From Octopus vulgaris (lineage: Eukaryota), in contig OX597835.1 in assembly GCA_951406725.2 (NCBI GenBank), forward strand, positions 43,462,001 through 43,526,000: a stretch of DNA of 64,000 bases, written 5' to 3'. Below the pieces are notes generated by a model. It saw only the letters and a list, made by a program, of their open reading frames with translations, was not told the DNA's origin and searched no databases. Every line of letters starts with the position of its first letter. Position 1 is the stretch's first letter. Positions 25,758 to 40,304 of this stretch are shown in pieces. Made by a program: the position numbers and the translations under genes.

Positions 25758-26148
25758 ACTGTGTGGTAAGTAGCTTGCTTACCGACCACATGGTTCAGGG
25801 TTCAGTCCCACTGCGTGGCACCTTGGGTAAGTGTCTTCCACTATAGCCTCAGGCCGACCAAAGTCTTGTGAGTGGATTTGGTAGACGGAAACTGAAAGAA
25901 GCCCGTCGAATATATGTGTATATATATGTATGTGTATGTGTTTGTGTGTCTGTGTTTGTCCTCCCAACATCGTTTGACAACCGATGCTGGTGTGTTTACG
26001 TCCCCGTTACTTAGCGGTTCGACAAAAGAGACCGATAGAATAAGTACTAGGCTTACAAAAGAATAAGTCCTGGGGTCGATTTGCTCGACTAAAGGTGGTG
26101 TTCCAGCATGGCCACAGTCAAATGACTGAAACAAGTAAAGGAGTAAAA
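25758..26148 (+). mobile_element. SINE family A
   Basis: Near full length. Head-to-head with the fragment at 25527-25642 (-). Confidence 0.88.
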
Positions 26149-26473
26149 GACAGACAGACAGACAGAGAGTTTGTATGGTGTGTGTTTGTGTGTGTGGTTA
26201 AGCAACGAACGATGACAGGTGAGAAATTATGAATGTAAGTGTTCGCAGCAGCTGTCCATGCCTTTTGTTGTTGAGGTAGAGAGTGAGTGTGAGCCTGCGT
26301 GAGTGTGAGCGTGCGTGAGTGTAAGTGTGTATAAGTGCGTAGAGGCCATAACACCGCTTTCTTCTCTCCTCGTCAACAACGCTAGAAGCAAATCATTTAA
26401 CAACGCCACTGATGGCTGAGAGAACTTCTATGTGGTCCGTCGATGTGCTAGAAATAACAGTCACATCTCTCTT

Positions 26474-26870
26474 GGATCTTTTCAGTTTGAACGGCAGTTT
26501 TTTCTAGCGGTGTCATATGAAATTGACACCCATAATTATGACCCTAGTATCGATCTATTGCATTTCAATCTGTTTTAGGGTTGGGGGGGAGGGTATCTTT
26601 TTTTCATCAGAAATGTAAATAAACCCAATCTGTTTCTTAAACGAGGGACATATTCATACGGCACAGAATGCTTTTTACCTCAATAAACGTCATTGATTGG
26701 TTGAAATTGAAGAAAAACAACAACAAATATCTTATAAACTATAGAATTTTCTCAATAAAGCCAAGAGAAAAAGATCTTTTATAAACACATTCTACCAGTA
26801 TACGAAGTTTTAAAGTGTTTAGTTACGTGGAAATTATTTTAAAAAACTACCGTTCAAACCGAAACGATCC
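26474..26870 (+). mobile_element. Merlin-like MITE, complete, no TSD
   Basis: Both TIRs present. Right flank shared with the copy at 31093. Confidence 0.9.
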
Positions 26871-27370
26871 AAAATTTCTTATCCTTATACGCATTCAGCT
26901 TGAATATTATGCAAACATGATTTTATTTATATACATACATGAATACACACGCTCGCACGCACACCGACACACACATATGTACATGTATGTAATTTAAAAC
27001 GTTTTGGTTATTATTGGGCCCAGGTCATGTCTAACTTCAATAACACCACATGGCCTACTCATGTAACCATGTTTGAGGACACTAATGTAGGAAGCTATTT
27101 GCCGAGATGTATTCGGTTGCCGTTCAAACCGAAACGATCCGAGATATATATATGCACATTGCATGCAAACATATAAACAGTTGAAGCCGCTTATTTTAAT
27201 CAAGGTTATCAAATTTAGTCAGTCCAAAACACCATATCTTGTATCACTCGGATAAGTGTCACCTAAATGGCTCTGCCTCAAACTACATCACACTCGAATT
27301 CGTGAGTATGTGTGTATGTGCGCACGTGCGCGTGTATGTTTATAAAGTATATGAGTTGTTCGACAGTAAA
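26474..27370 (+). repeat. ~0.9-kb segment duplicated at 31093-32042
   Basis: MITE plus ~500 bp of right flank, including an extra TIR at ~27115-27140, aligned in both places. Confidence 0.9.
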
Positions 27371-27955
27371 GCTTCAATTCTCTTTTTTTATTGTATAAGT
27401 CCATGTCCCTTGGCTACTGGAGATTATGTTGGGCATTTGTCACGCTGATGAAGGCTATTGAACCCGAAACACCTATGCCACGGCTGTCCTCCAATCTCCA
27501 GACAAATAGTCTGTCTTTTATTTAATGGCATGTCAACTTTGGAGAATCCTTGAATTTTGAGATTATCTCCCCTTCTCAAGTGGACCTCATCTTAATTCCC
27601 ATTTGGTAATTATGGTACATTATCTTGAGGCGGAGATAATTTTGATAAACCAATAATCTATGCTGTAGGGTACTTGATAAACCTGTATTTGTCTGTCTTG
27701 TAAATAATTTAGATTACATAATGGTAGATCGGTTTTAATGAGATTCTTCTCGAACGAAATCTGGCTACGTCCGTAATAAGGTAGGAACAGGTTCTGCAGT
27801 AAGGTTAACCAAACGCTGCTGTTATTGATCAGAGGCTGGAGTTGATTAGAGGCTACCTTTGATCAGAAACTGCAGTTGGTAGAGGCTGTTGATGACGTAC
27901 GTATGTATGTATGTATGTATGTATGTATGTATGTATGTATGTATGTATGTATGTA

Positions 27956-28007
<52 letters not shown>

Positions 28008-28082
28008 TGTGTGTGTGTGTGTGTGTCTATGTGTGTGTGTGTGTCTGTGCGTGCGTGCGTATGTATGTATGTATGTATGTAT

Positions 28083-28580
28083 GTCGGGTCGTCAGCGACT
28101 AAACCGGCAACCCCACCAAGCTCGCTTGGCGAGGAGGGTGTTTATTGGTCACCCTGCGGGATGAAAAACAAAACCCGTCAAAGGGCGGAGGAACTCTTGA
28201 GAGTCAACGGCCATCCAATAAATGTCTTAAGGCTGTATCATACGCGGGGACATAGAAATAATCGGACTGAATACCTGATCGTGTGGTTAAACCATTGGCA
28301 GTGAAGGACTCCTAGCCTTTGTTAGGGCATCCTTCTAGGAGAAGGTAACTCAGGTAACTGGGATGACTCCGACATAAAACCTGCGGCTCAGTGGTTACCG
28401 ATGATGTTGACTTGTTCTTCTTTTCGGATTATGGCTGCTGTTGCTTAGTGAGTGGGATTTACTCAATGCACAACCTTTCCTCACTTTAAAAAAAAAATCT
28501 TCTTGCACAGGTATTGCACGATAACAGCATTGATTAAGCTTCGTGCAATGGCCATACTCGATAACGAGGGGGCAGGCACC
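28083..28580 (+). mobile_element. Non-coding retroelement-like insert within (TATG)n, resembling an RTE 5' UTR
   Basis: GC-richer block bounded by (TATG)n. Motif TTAGGGCATCCTTCTAGGAGAAGGTAACTC resembles RTE 5' UTRs. Confidence 0.45.
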
Positions 28581-28679
28581 ATGTATGTATGTATGTATGT
28601 ATGTATGTATGTATGTATGTATGTATGTATGTATGTTTTTTTTATGTACGCTCATGCATAGAGTTACATATCTAGACAC

Positions 28680-29055
28680 GATCATATATATTTAAATGAT
28701 AAACTTCTGGTAAGTTTTACAGATTTTTACTATTCCAGTGATGGATCTGTAGCCTTCGAATTAGCTTTTTCCTTTCTGGTTTTGAGAAGCCTAATTTCTC
28801 AAGATTGGTATTTAGGCAGTGTGTTACATATCACAGGGCCCCAATAATTACAGGTATAAACCTGAACTTGCAATCTGGATAGAGTAACTGCACATTTCTC
28901 AATAGTTCAGCATAGGTGTTCTCTTTTTCACTGATCTTCAGCTTTATGTTAACATCTACTGAGCAGCTAATTTCAATAACTGTGCTCAGTATCTCTTCTC
29001 TATCCCAAATCATTATATCAGGTCTGTTGTGCTTACATTTTATTGAGTTCTTCAC
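28680..29055 (-). pseudogene. R4/Dong-like LINE 3' fragment (RLE domain), second family
   Basis: KCKHNRPDIMIWD...VIEISC.VDVN...K.SEK...YAEL...FIPVIIGAL. Confidence 0.88.
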
Positions 29056-29481
29056 TGCATGTATGTGCGTATGTATGTTTTGTCATACCTCATCTCATCG
29101 AACCTAACCTGTTCCTCTCGGCTGCTCCTCTTTCCATGGTTCACCGCTTAACCCCTGTGACACAAACCTCTTCTTGTATCTAACCTCCTATTTCCTCTCT
29201 GGTTTCACGCGTTAATATTCTTTTGTTACATTAGAAATGAATATAAATGAAAAGGCTATTTTCATTTTAGTTTTATACTAACTTCATTATTTACAGGTTA
29301 CATATATTATTATATCATGCTTTTATTACTGAATGGAGTCAGTGGCCATTGACAGGTCATTGATAATAAATAAAGCGTGAATAGTTAAACTTGCCCCGTT
29401 TATATGTCTGCTACATATATGTGTTGTGTTGTGTGTGTGTGTATGTGTGTGTGTGTGTGTGTATGAATGACAATATATATG

Positions 29482-29794
<313 letters not shown>

Positions 29795-29838
29795 CAATAA
29801 TAAATCTCTGAACGAGATATAAACAGTAACCGCTTGAC

Positions 29839-30160
29839 AACGTAAGGTGTACTAGCCATCTGAATGTGGCTAGCCACTGGGGGTGGGGTGTTACTAATGC
29901 TTTTAGCCCCAGGCGATCAACGTCACCAGACGGACTTTAGACACAATCTCAGTGCCCTTGTGTTATTTGCAAAGGGAGGTCATCCTCCCTCGAAAACCTA
30001 AGTGCTACATACGGTTTTCGATGAAGGAGACCCCTGACGAGAGGCAATTACCTTGAAACTATAGTCCATCTGGTGACGTTGATCGCCTGGGGCTAAGAGC
30101 ATCAGTAACACCCCACCCCCAGTGGCTAGCCACATTCAGATGGCTAGTACACCTTACGTT
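29839..30160. mobile_element. Fold-back element with ~102-bp inverted arms and a hammerhead-like core
   Basis: 29839-29940 is the reverse complement of 30059-30160 (about 4 mismatches). CTGACGA-GAGG caatta CCTT-GAA-ACTATAGT-C lies at 30034-30066. Diverged relative at ~700-850. Confidence 0.75.
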
Positions 30161-30637
30161 ATATATATATATAATAAAATATTCAAATTAAAATCAGGAA
30201 AATGGAGAAGTACCGTTAATATAAGTTATTGACTGCAAAAGTTCAACATGCTGAATTTTTATAAGCCAAGATTTATATTAACACTATTATCTTAGGAACA
30301 TTATTATTCACAAAATAATTGGTAACAAACCAGTAATTCAATGGATATTTTCTGTTCCTTAAGGCCATAATTTTAATCTCTATTTAAATTTATATGGTTA
30401 AATAAGAAGAATAGAGGGTTGGAAAGGATGATTCCAATCTTTTGAATTTGCAATTTATATTAGACTGAATTAAAACGTGCGTAGACTTTTATTTGGCTAT
30501 AGATTTTTTTTTTATCAGTTAGTTGTCATAATAATACTCAGAGTTTCAGATGCCAGGACTAAAAGACATCCTCATCAGTTATTAAAACAAAAACGCTATT
30601 TACATAATATCGAGGTCTTATGCATTCTTTTGTTGTC

Positions 30638-30733
<96 letters not shown>

Positions 30734-31092
30734 CATACACATCACACACATGTATGTGTGTGTGTATTAAATATAACCGACCTCACATACACAGTTCCGC
30801 AATAGACTTGTCTGCCGGTAGGCTGCGCTTAGCGCTTAGTATCTGACATCCTCTCAGCACTAAACCGCAGCCTACAGGCGAACAATCTGTTTCCTGCTCG
30901 TGCATGCGTGGTCGATAATGTTCATTACACTAGTGTTGTACTTGTACTTTGCCATTGCTTGACAACCGGTGCGGGTGTGTTTACGTTCCTGTTATACTGG
31001 GGTCGATTTATTCGACAGAAAAATTTTCAGGGCGGTGCCCCAGCATGGCTGCAGTCTAATGACAGTAACAAATAAAAGATACGAAAGATATA

Positions 31093-31508
31093 GGATATTT
31101 TTCGGTTTGAACGGCAGTTTTTTTCTAGCGGTGTCATATGAAATTGTCACCCATAATTATGACCCTAGTATCGATCTATTGCATTTCAATCTGTTTTAGG
31201 GTTAGGGGTGGGGGGAAGGGTATCTTTTTTTCTTCACAAATGTAAATAAACCCAATCCGTTTCTTAAACGAGGGACATATTCATACGGCACAGATTGTTT
31301 TTTTACCTCAATAGACGGTCATTGATTGGTTGAAATTGCAGAAATTGAAGAAAAACAACAACAAATATCTTAGAAACCATAGAATTTTCTCAATAAAGCC
31401 AAGAGAAAAAGTTGTTTTATAAACACATTCTACCAGTATACGAAGTTTAAAAGTGTTTAGTTACGTGGAAATTATTTTAAAAAACTGCCGTTCAAACCGA
31501 AAAGATCC
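31093..31508 (+). mobile_element. Merlin-like MITE, complete
   Basis: Both TIRs present. Right flank duplicated with 26871-27370. Confidence 0.9.
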
Positions 31509-31670
31509 AAAATTTCTTATCCTTATACGCATTCAGCTTGAATATTATGCAAACATGATTTTATTTATATACATACATGAATACACACACCGACACACAC
31601 ATATGTACATGTATGTAACTTAGAAACGTTTTGGTCATTATTGGGCCCAGGTCATGTCTAACTTTAATAA

Positions 31671-31734
31671 CACCACATGGCCTACTCACCACATGGCCTA
31701 CTCACCACATGGCCTACTCACCACATGGCTTACT
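31671..31734. repeat. 16-bp minisatellite x4 (CACCACATGGCCTACT)
   Basis: Four tandem units. Single unit in the paralogous segment at ~27044-27059. Confidence 0.95.
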
Positions 31735-32743
31735 CATGTATGTCATGTTTGAGGACACTCATGTCGGAAGCTATTTGCCGAGATGTATTTAGTTGCCGTT
31801 CAAACCGAAAAGATAAGAGATATATATATGCACATTGCATGTAAACATATAAACAGTAGAAGCCGCTTATTTTAATCAAGGTTATCAAATTTAGTCGGTC
31901 CAAAACACCATATCTTGTATCACTCGGATAAGTGTCACCTAAATGGCTCCGCCTCAAACTATATCACACTCGAATTTGTATGTGAGTATGTGCGCGCGTG
32001 CGCGTGTATGTTTATAAGGTATATGAGTTGTTCGACAGTAAATCTCTCTCCTTCCGTAACTCTCTCTTTCTCTCTCTCGCCTTCCTTCGCGCTCCCTCTC
32101 TCGACTCTCCTTTTCTCTTTGTCTCTTTGACACCATTTACACTTCTTCTAACATCCCTTTCCCTCTCTCACTCTGTTATCTCCTCTCACTTCACCTTTCT
32201 TTGTCTGTTTCACACCAACTCTCACTGAAACTCTCCCTCTCTCTCTCGCTCTCTCACACTCTCTCACACTCATTTTCTTTCCCTTTCTCTCTCTCACCTC
32301 CTCTCCAACCGTCTATCTCTCTCTCTATCCTATCATCATTCATCACTCACTCTCCTGCATCACCATCACTCACTTACCGACTCTAACAAACCTTCTCCCC
32401 CTTCTTGACACATTTAACAAGTTTTATTTTTAAAAAAGTACATCACTGCTTTCCTAAGAATTAAGCAATTATTTTGTTTATTTTTACGCATTTACACATT
32501 TAAATGCTTGATTAAAAATGATAATAATCAACAAAAAACAAAAAAAAACAAACATGGCCTCTTTTTTGTTCTAAGTTTCTGCGTTACCAGAAATTACTAG
32601 GATGGTGCAACACAATGGCTGCAAACTTGTGTTTTTAGGCAACGGTTCCCAAGATTTTTTGTGCTACGAACCGCTCTCAAGCAAGAAAATGTTACCACTG
32701 ACCGGGGTACCACACGCATAAAAAAAAATACAATACAGTGCAT

Positions 32744-33105
32744 TGCGTGGCACCTTGGGCAAGTGTCTTCTGCTATAGCCTCGGGCCGACCAATGCCTTG
32801 TGAGTGGATTTGGTAGACGGAAACTGAAAGAAGCCCGTCGTATATATGTATATATATATATATACATATGTGTGTATGTGTGTGTGTGTGTGTTTGTGTG
32901 TCTGTGTTTGTTCCCCTACTATTGCTTGACAACCGATGCTGGTGTGTTTATGTCCCCGTTACTTAGCAGTTCGGCAAAAGAGACCGATAGAAAAAGTACT
33001 GGGCTTACAAAAGAATAAGTCCCGGGGTCGAGTTGCTCGATTAAAGGCGGTGCTCCAGCATGGCCGCAGTCAAATGACTGAAACAAGTAAAAGAGTAAAA
33101 GAGTA
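32744..33105 (+). mobile_element. SINE family A, 5'-truncated
   Basis: Family modules from the CORE-like region to the tail. Confidence 0.88.
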
Positions 33106-33179
33106 ATATGGCGTTGTGTCGTATTGCGCCCTCTTTGCATATATCAATGGGTACATGCAGTATCACTAATGTCAGTCAG

Positions 33180-33365
33180 AGCATAGGTATTTCGGTCGTT
33201 GCTACCTTCCGAGTTCAAATTCCGCTGACGTCAACTTTGTCTTTCATCCTTTTTGGGATCGATTAAAGAAGTACCAGTGAATTACTGGGGGTCGATGTAA
33301 TCGACTAGTCTCTTCACCCAAATTCCAGGCATTGTGCCTTCAGTAAAAAGGTTTATTATTATTAT
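33180..33365 (+). mobile_element. SINE family B
   Basis: GAGTTCAAATTCC, Nin/Deu-like domain and (ATT)n tail. Confidence 0.75.
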
Positions 33366-33594
33366 TATTTGCTAAGATGTTTCCGTAATTTTGATGACAG
33401 AAACATCATCTCTGAACTGGTTGAACCACTTCTAATAAGCTTTGCTGTTGAAAGATTCTTTCACTTCAATGTATAAAAGACGTCAGTAAAAATATTACAA
33501 GATTTTGTTGTCTGATATCGTCTGTCATCAAACTTGATACTTTTTTCCGAGTGTGCGTGTGTGCGTGCGTGCGTGTGCGTGTGTGCGTGCGTGC

Positions 33595-33634
<40 letters not shown>

Positions 33635-33784
33635 AATGTGTTGTATGTGGGCATTATTGCTTGTATGTGTCGAAATATATGTGAGACAGGGCCTCTATCA
33701 AGCAAACGCACGCACACATTTTATATATATATGTACGTGTTTGGTGTATGTGTGTGCAAGAGATATACAAATATATGTATATAA

Positions 33785-33831
<47 letters not shown>

Positions 33832-33934
33832 TATGTACATGTATGTATATATATATATGCATAATGTATACCTGTATACTTATTACACATATTTTATATA
33901 TACTTATATAGATAGATACATACATACACATACA

Positions 33935-33970
<36 letters not shown>

Positions 33971-34325
33971 CATATACATACATATACATACAATATATAT
34001 ATGCACACAAACACACACACACACACTCACACATATATATATATGTATATAAACGCGTATATTTGTATGTGTGCGTTTATATAGGCGCTTGTATTACGTA
34101 CACACATACACAAACACACACACACACAAACGCACAGAAACACACACAAACGCACACATGTGTGTGTGTGTGTGTATGATACGCTACCAGTAAAGATAGA
34201 TACTCTAAAGAAACTGAACCTCCAAATGTGACACTGACGAGACAACTTTCGCGCCATAAAGACATTCTGATCGTCTGCAATTATTGAATTTAGATTTGCA
34301 CGGGGGTGGGGGTGTACGAAATCGC

Positions 34326-34357
<32 letters not shown>

Positions 34358-34439
34358 CCACTCTCTCTCTCCCCTCTCTCTCTTTCTCTCTCCAACTTCT
34401 TCTCACTGGATATTTGTTTCTATCATACATACACTCACA

Positions 34440-34463
34440 TTTATCTATCTGTCTGTCTGTCTA

Positions 34464-34497
<34 letters not shown>

Positions 34498-34603
34498 AGT
34501 CTGTCTGTCTGTCTATCAGTATGTCTGTCTGTCTGTCTGTCTGTCTATCTGTCTGTCTATCTGTCTGTCTGCCTGCCTGTCTGTCTGTCTATCTGTCTGT
34601 CTA

Positions 34604-34634
<31 letters not shown>

Positions 34635-34730
34635 ACCTGTCTGTCTATCCGTCTGTCTGTCTGTCTCTCAGTCTGTCTGTCTATCCGTCTGTCTGTCTGT
34701 CTCTCAGTCTGTCTGTCTGTCTGTCTGTCC
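34440..34730. repeat. (TCTG)n/(TCTA)n microsatellite
   Basis: Directly visible. Confidence 0.95.
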
Positions 34731-35020
34731 ACGCAAATACAAATACACACAAATGCCAACGTATCAAAAACCTTGGTGCTTGAGTTACTCTTCAGCCAGA
34801 TTCTAATTACATATATTCTTTTATTCTTTTACTTGTTTCAGTCATTTGACTACGGCCATGCTGGAGCATCGCCTCAAAGGTTTTTTTTTTAGTCAAAGAA
34901 AGCTACCCTAAGACTTACTTTTTAAAAGCCTAGTACTATTCTCTTTTGCCGCTAAGTTACGGGGACATAAATACACCAGCACCGGTTGTCAAGCGGTGAT
35001 GGGGAGAGCAAACACAGACA

Positions 35021-35066
<46 letters not shown>

Positions 35067-35161
35067 TATATATATATATATATATATTGGTAAAAACGGT
35101 AAGATAACAAAAGAAAGAAAGAGACCTCAATATTATGTAAATAGAGGAAATAGAGTTGGTC

Positions 35162-35224
35162 AGATATCCGAAGAGATGGTGTTGTGGATTTCCACCTCGG
35201 CATCCGAAACTCAGAGTTTTATCT
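35162..35224 (+). ncRNA. Hammerhead-like motif, CCGANGA variant
   Basis: AGATAt-CCGAAGA-GATG...CATCc-GAA-ACTCaGAGT-T-tTATCT. Same stem III as the motif at 57431. Confidence 0.45.
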
Positions 35225-35257
35225 TGACTATTGAATAATTGTCACATATTATTTTAC

Positions 35258-35326
<69 letters not shown>

Positions 35327-35872
35327 AAATAAGAAAATGGAGGAATAGATTCCTTTCAATCATCAACTTCCAGATATTACCAATTCATATAATTTATTAA
35401 CTAATTAAATAGGAACATCCAAATCCAACAGAGTAAAATAGAATAAAACAATACACATCAATAAGTAAGATAATACTATAAAAATAATACATATAAAAGG
35501 GATCTTACAGCTGTTTCAGCCTGTAGATGAGGGTATCTCATTATGCCTATATTAGTCAGATGTATTAAGGTAATATGCAGTTGAAAATGAGTTACTTATA
35601 TGTGTGTGTGTATTTATGGCAATCGGTGTTGGTGTGTTTACGTCCCTGTAAATTCGCAGTTCGCCAAAAGGTGACCGATAAAATATGTACCAGGCTTTAA
35701 AAAAAAATAAGTACTAGGTTCGGCACGTTTGACTAAAATTATTGAAAGCGGTGCCCCAGCATAACCGCAGTCTCATTACTGAAACTAGTAAAATTTATAA
35801 GAGACAAAGAGATATACTTCTAGAGGAGTATTGAGTACTATTTTTGTACTTTCGTTTCTACACATAGTCATA

Positions 35873-35948
<76 letters not shown>

Positions 35949-36731
35949 AACACATACTTGTACACATTTCATATACAACTTACTACTACGGGACGATCCA
36001 TTTTTTAGCTGTCGACTGGAAATCATTAAGATTTCGACACTTTCTGGCAACATGGCCTCACCTCCAGTATTTAAAAGGGGTGTGTAGAAGAGGGAGGAAC
36101 GGCAGGCTGTTCTTCAATATAACAGTATGCAACCTCCCACCTCAAAAGACATTGAAGTTATAAAGGTGGAGTGTCATTTCGTCACCATTTTGAATTAGCG
36201 TTGACATATTGTCGTGCGGCTCTTTATGGTCCCGTCTTTCACACTTCGTACCTTCTTCTCTCTCTCTCTCTCTCTCTCTAAGTGTACACACACACACACA
36301 CAACACACACACATACAACACACACACACAACACACACACATACAACACACACACACAAACACACACACATGTATACACATATATTTATAAATATATATA
36401 CGGGTATATGTATATGTTCGTGCGTGTGTGAGTGTGTGTGTATGTGTGTGTGTGTTGTGTGTGTGTGTGTGTTGTGTGTGTGTGTGTTTGTTGTGTGTGT
36501 GTGTGTGTGTGTGTGTGTTTGTTGTGTGTGTGTGTTGTGCGTATGTGAATGTGTGTGAATGTGTGTTTGTTGTGTGTTGTGTGTGTGTGTGTTTGTTGTG
36601 TGTGTGTGTGAATGTGTGTTTGTTGTGTGTTGTGCGTGTATGAATGTATGTTTGTTGTGTGTGTTGTGTGTGTGTTTGTTGTGTGTTGTGCGTGTGTGCG
36701 TGTTTGTGTGTGTGTGTGTGTGTTTCTGTTT

Positions 36732-36937
36732 TCAGTTAGAAATGTAGAATTTGGCAACCAGCTTCTCTTTCCTTGGACTCCTGCCAAACCGTATTCTGTA
36801 TCGTATTGACGTAAATATCTGGTTATTTTCGTCTGGTTGAAGGCATTCTTTCACAGAAAACCCACAGCAACCCAAGTAAACACCTAAGATTTCTTGTGCA
36901 TTTGTTACTGCTGGTTCGGGAGTTTCGTGTTTGGAAC
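36732..36937 (-). CDS. Candidate terminal coding exon (unassigned)
   Basis: Unique-looking island between microsatellites. A pyrimidine tract plus AG precedes an open frame GSKHETPEPAV...KLVAKFYISN*. No recognisable domain and no verified partner exon. Confidence 0.2.
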
Positions 36938-37236
36938 CTTTGGAAAAAAGAGGCAGTTTTTTGGGAGACAAGGGAGAAAGAATATAGGGATTAGGGGGCG
37001 ATGATAATGGCGTTTATGAACTTAAATAACAAAAGACCTTATGACGTCATTTAGTGTAACCTGAATGATTGAGAAACGACGTACTTTGTTTACCTAACGT
37101 GTGTGTGTGTGTGTGGGTGTGTGTGTGTGAGTGCGCGCATGCGTGTTGTGTGCATGTTGTTTTTCTGCGAAACTCTTGACGTGTTGAAAACATGTATTTT
37201 TCGGGGGGGGGTATTTTTGTCAATAATTTCTTCACT

Positions 37237-38402
<1,166 letters not shown>

Positions 38403-38404
38403 TG

Positions 38405-38705
38405 ACGCCACCGAGATCGACTTTGCCTTCCATCCTTCGGAGTCGATAAAATGAGTACTAGTTACACACTGGGGTCGATGGAATCGACTTAATCCCTTCC
38501 CCAAAATTTGAGGCCTTATGCTTCCAGTAGAAAGGATTATTATTATTATTATTATTACCGAGAAGGTGAACTGGCAGAATCGTTTGCACGCCGGACAAAA
38601 TGCCGTTCATCCTTTTGGGGTCGATTAAATAAATACCAGTTACGCACTGGGGTCGATGTAATCGACTTAATCCCTTCTCCAAGCTGCCCTTGTGGCAAAA
38701 CTGGA
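38405..38705 (+). mobile_element. Two SINE family B fragments
   Basis: GCCTTCCATCCTTCGGAGTCGATAAAATGAGTAC (Nin/Deu-like) and GGGGTCGATGTAATCGACTTAATCCC. Confidence 0.8.
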
Positions 38706-38766
38706 AATCATCATCATCATCATGATTATTATTATTCAACAAGATTAATTAACCATTTAATGAATG

Positions 38767-39173
38767 GGATTTTTTCGGTTTGAACGGCAGTTTTTAACAT
38801 AATTTCCACGTAACTAAACACTTTTAAACTTCGTATACTGGTAGAATGTGTTTATAAAACATCTTTTCCTCTTGGCTTTATTGAGAAAATTCTATAGTTT
38901 GTAAGATATTTGTTGTTTTTTTCTTCAATTTCTGCAATTTCAACCAATCACTGACGTCTATTGAGGTAAACAACATTCTGTGCCGTATGAATATGTCCCT
39001 CGTTTAAGAAACAGATTGGGTTTATTTACATTTGTGAAGAAAAGATACCCTCCCCCCACCTCTAACCCTAAAACAAGTTGAAATGCAATAGATCGATACT
39101 AGGGTCATAATTATGGGTGACAATTTCATATGACACCGCTAGAAAAAAACTGCCGTTCAAACCGAAAATATCC
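38767..39173 (-). mobile_element. Merlin-like MITE flanked by a 20-bp direct duplication
   Basis: Both TIRs present. TAATTAACCATTTAATGAAT at 38746-38765 and 39174-39193. Confidence 0.9.
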
Positions 39174-39847
39174 TAATTAACCATTTAATGAATTGTTTGA
39201 CGCCATTTGCAATAGAACGACTCGAGGAACCTCCGGGACCCCCGCGTACTCACAAAACGTACAACATCCACACACACACACACATACATCACCATCGCCA
39301 CCACCATCACCATCATCGTCGCCGTCCACCAGACGTTTGCCAATTCTTCCTCACACTGATTCTTATTTTGCATTAAGTTTTGTGTGTGTATGTGTGTGTG
39401 TGCGTCTGCTGTGTGTGCAAACATGTACATATATGAATGTATGTATGCGTGAGTGCGTGCGTGTTTGTGTGTGTGTGTATGTGTGTGCTTGCATAATACA
39501 TATACACAAGACAACTCACATAATCACAACAACAATTGCAACAACAACAATAACAGCAGCAGCAACAGCGGCGACTCCAACAGCAACACTAACAATTAAA
39601 ACTTGTATACACACTCCAGTTACTTTCACTGCAGATCCTGATACAACAATTAAGTTAGGAGCAGGAAGACGTCTGGGTGGACGTTGAGGGGGGTTGCAGG
39701 TAGTGTGTGTGTGTGTGTGTGTCTGTGTGTGTGAGTGTGTGTTTGTGTGTGTATGTATGTATGTGTGTGTGTTTGTGTGTGTGTGTTTGTGTGTGTGTGT
39801 TTGTGTGTGTGTGAGTTTGTGTGTGTGTGAGTTTGTGTGTGTGTGTT

Positions 39848-39880
<33 letters not shown>

Positions 39881-40081
39881 TTTTGTGTGTGTGTGAGTTT
39901 GTGTGTGTGTGTGTGTGAGTTTGTGTGTGAGTTTGTGTGTGTGAGTTTGTGTCTGTGTGTGTTTTTTTGTGTGTTTGTATGTGTGTTCGTACGTCTCTGT
40001 GTCTCTCTCTCTCTGAATAAATGTTTGTATCTGTGTGTATGTATGTGTACATACATGCATGCCTAAATACATACATGCATG

Positions 40082-40146
<65 letters not shown>

Positions 40147-40304
40147 CGAATCTGAAGCTTCAAACTTTGTAACTTCTTGTTTACATTCAAGTCATTTCGA
40201 AAACACACTTATACACACAAATAAATGCATGCATACACCCACAATATACACACATACACGCACACACACACTAATAACCATCTGTAACATTATTTATATA
40301 TATA

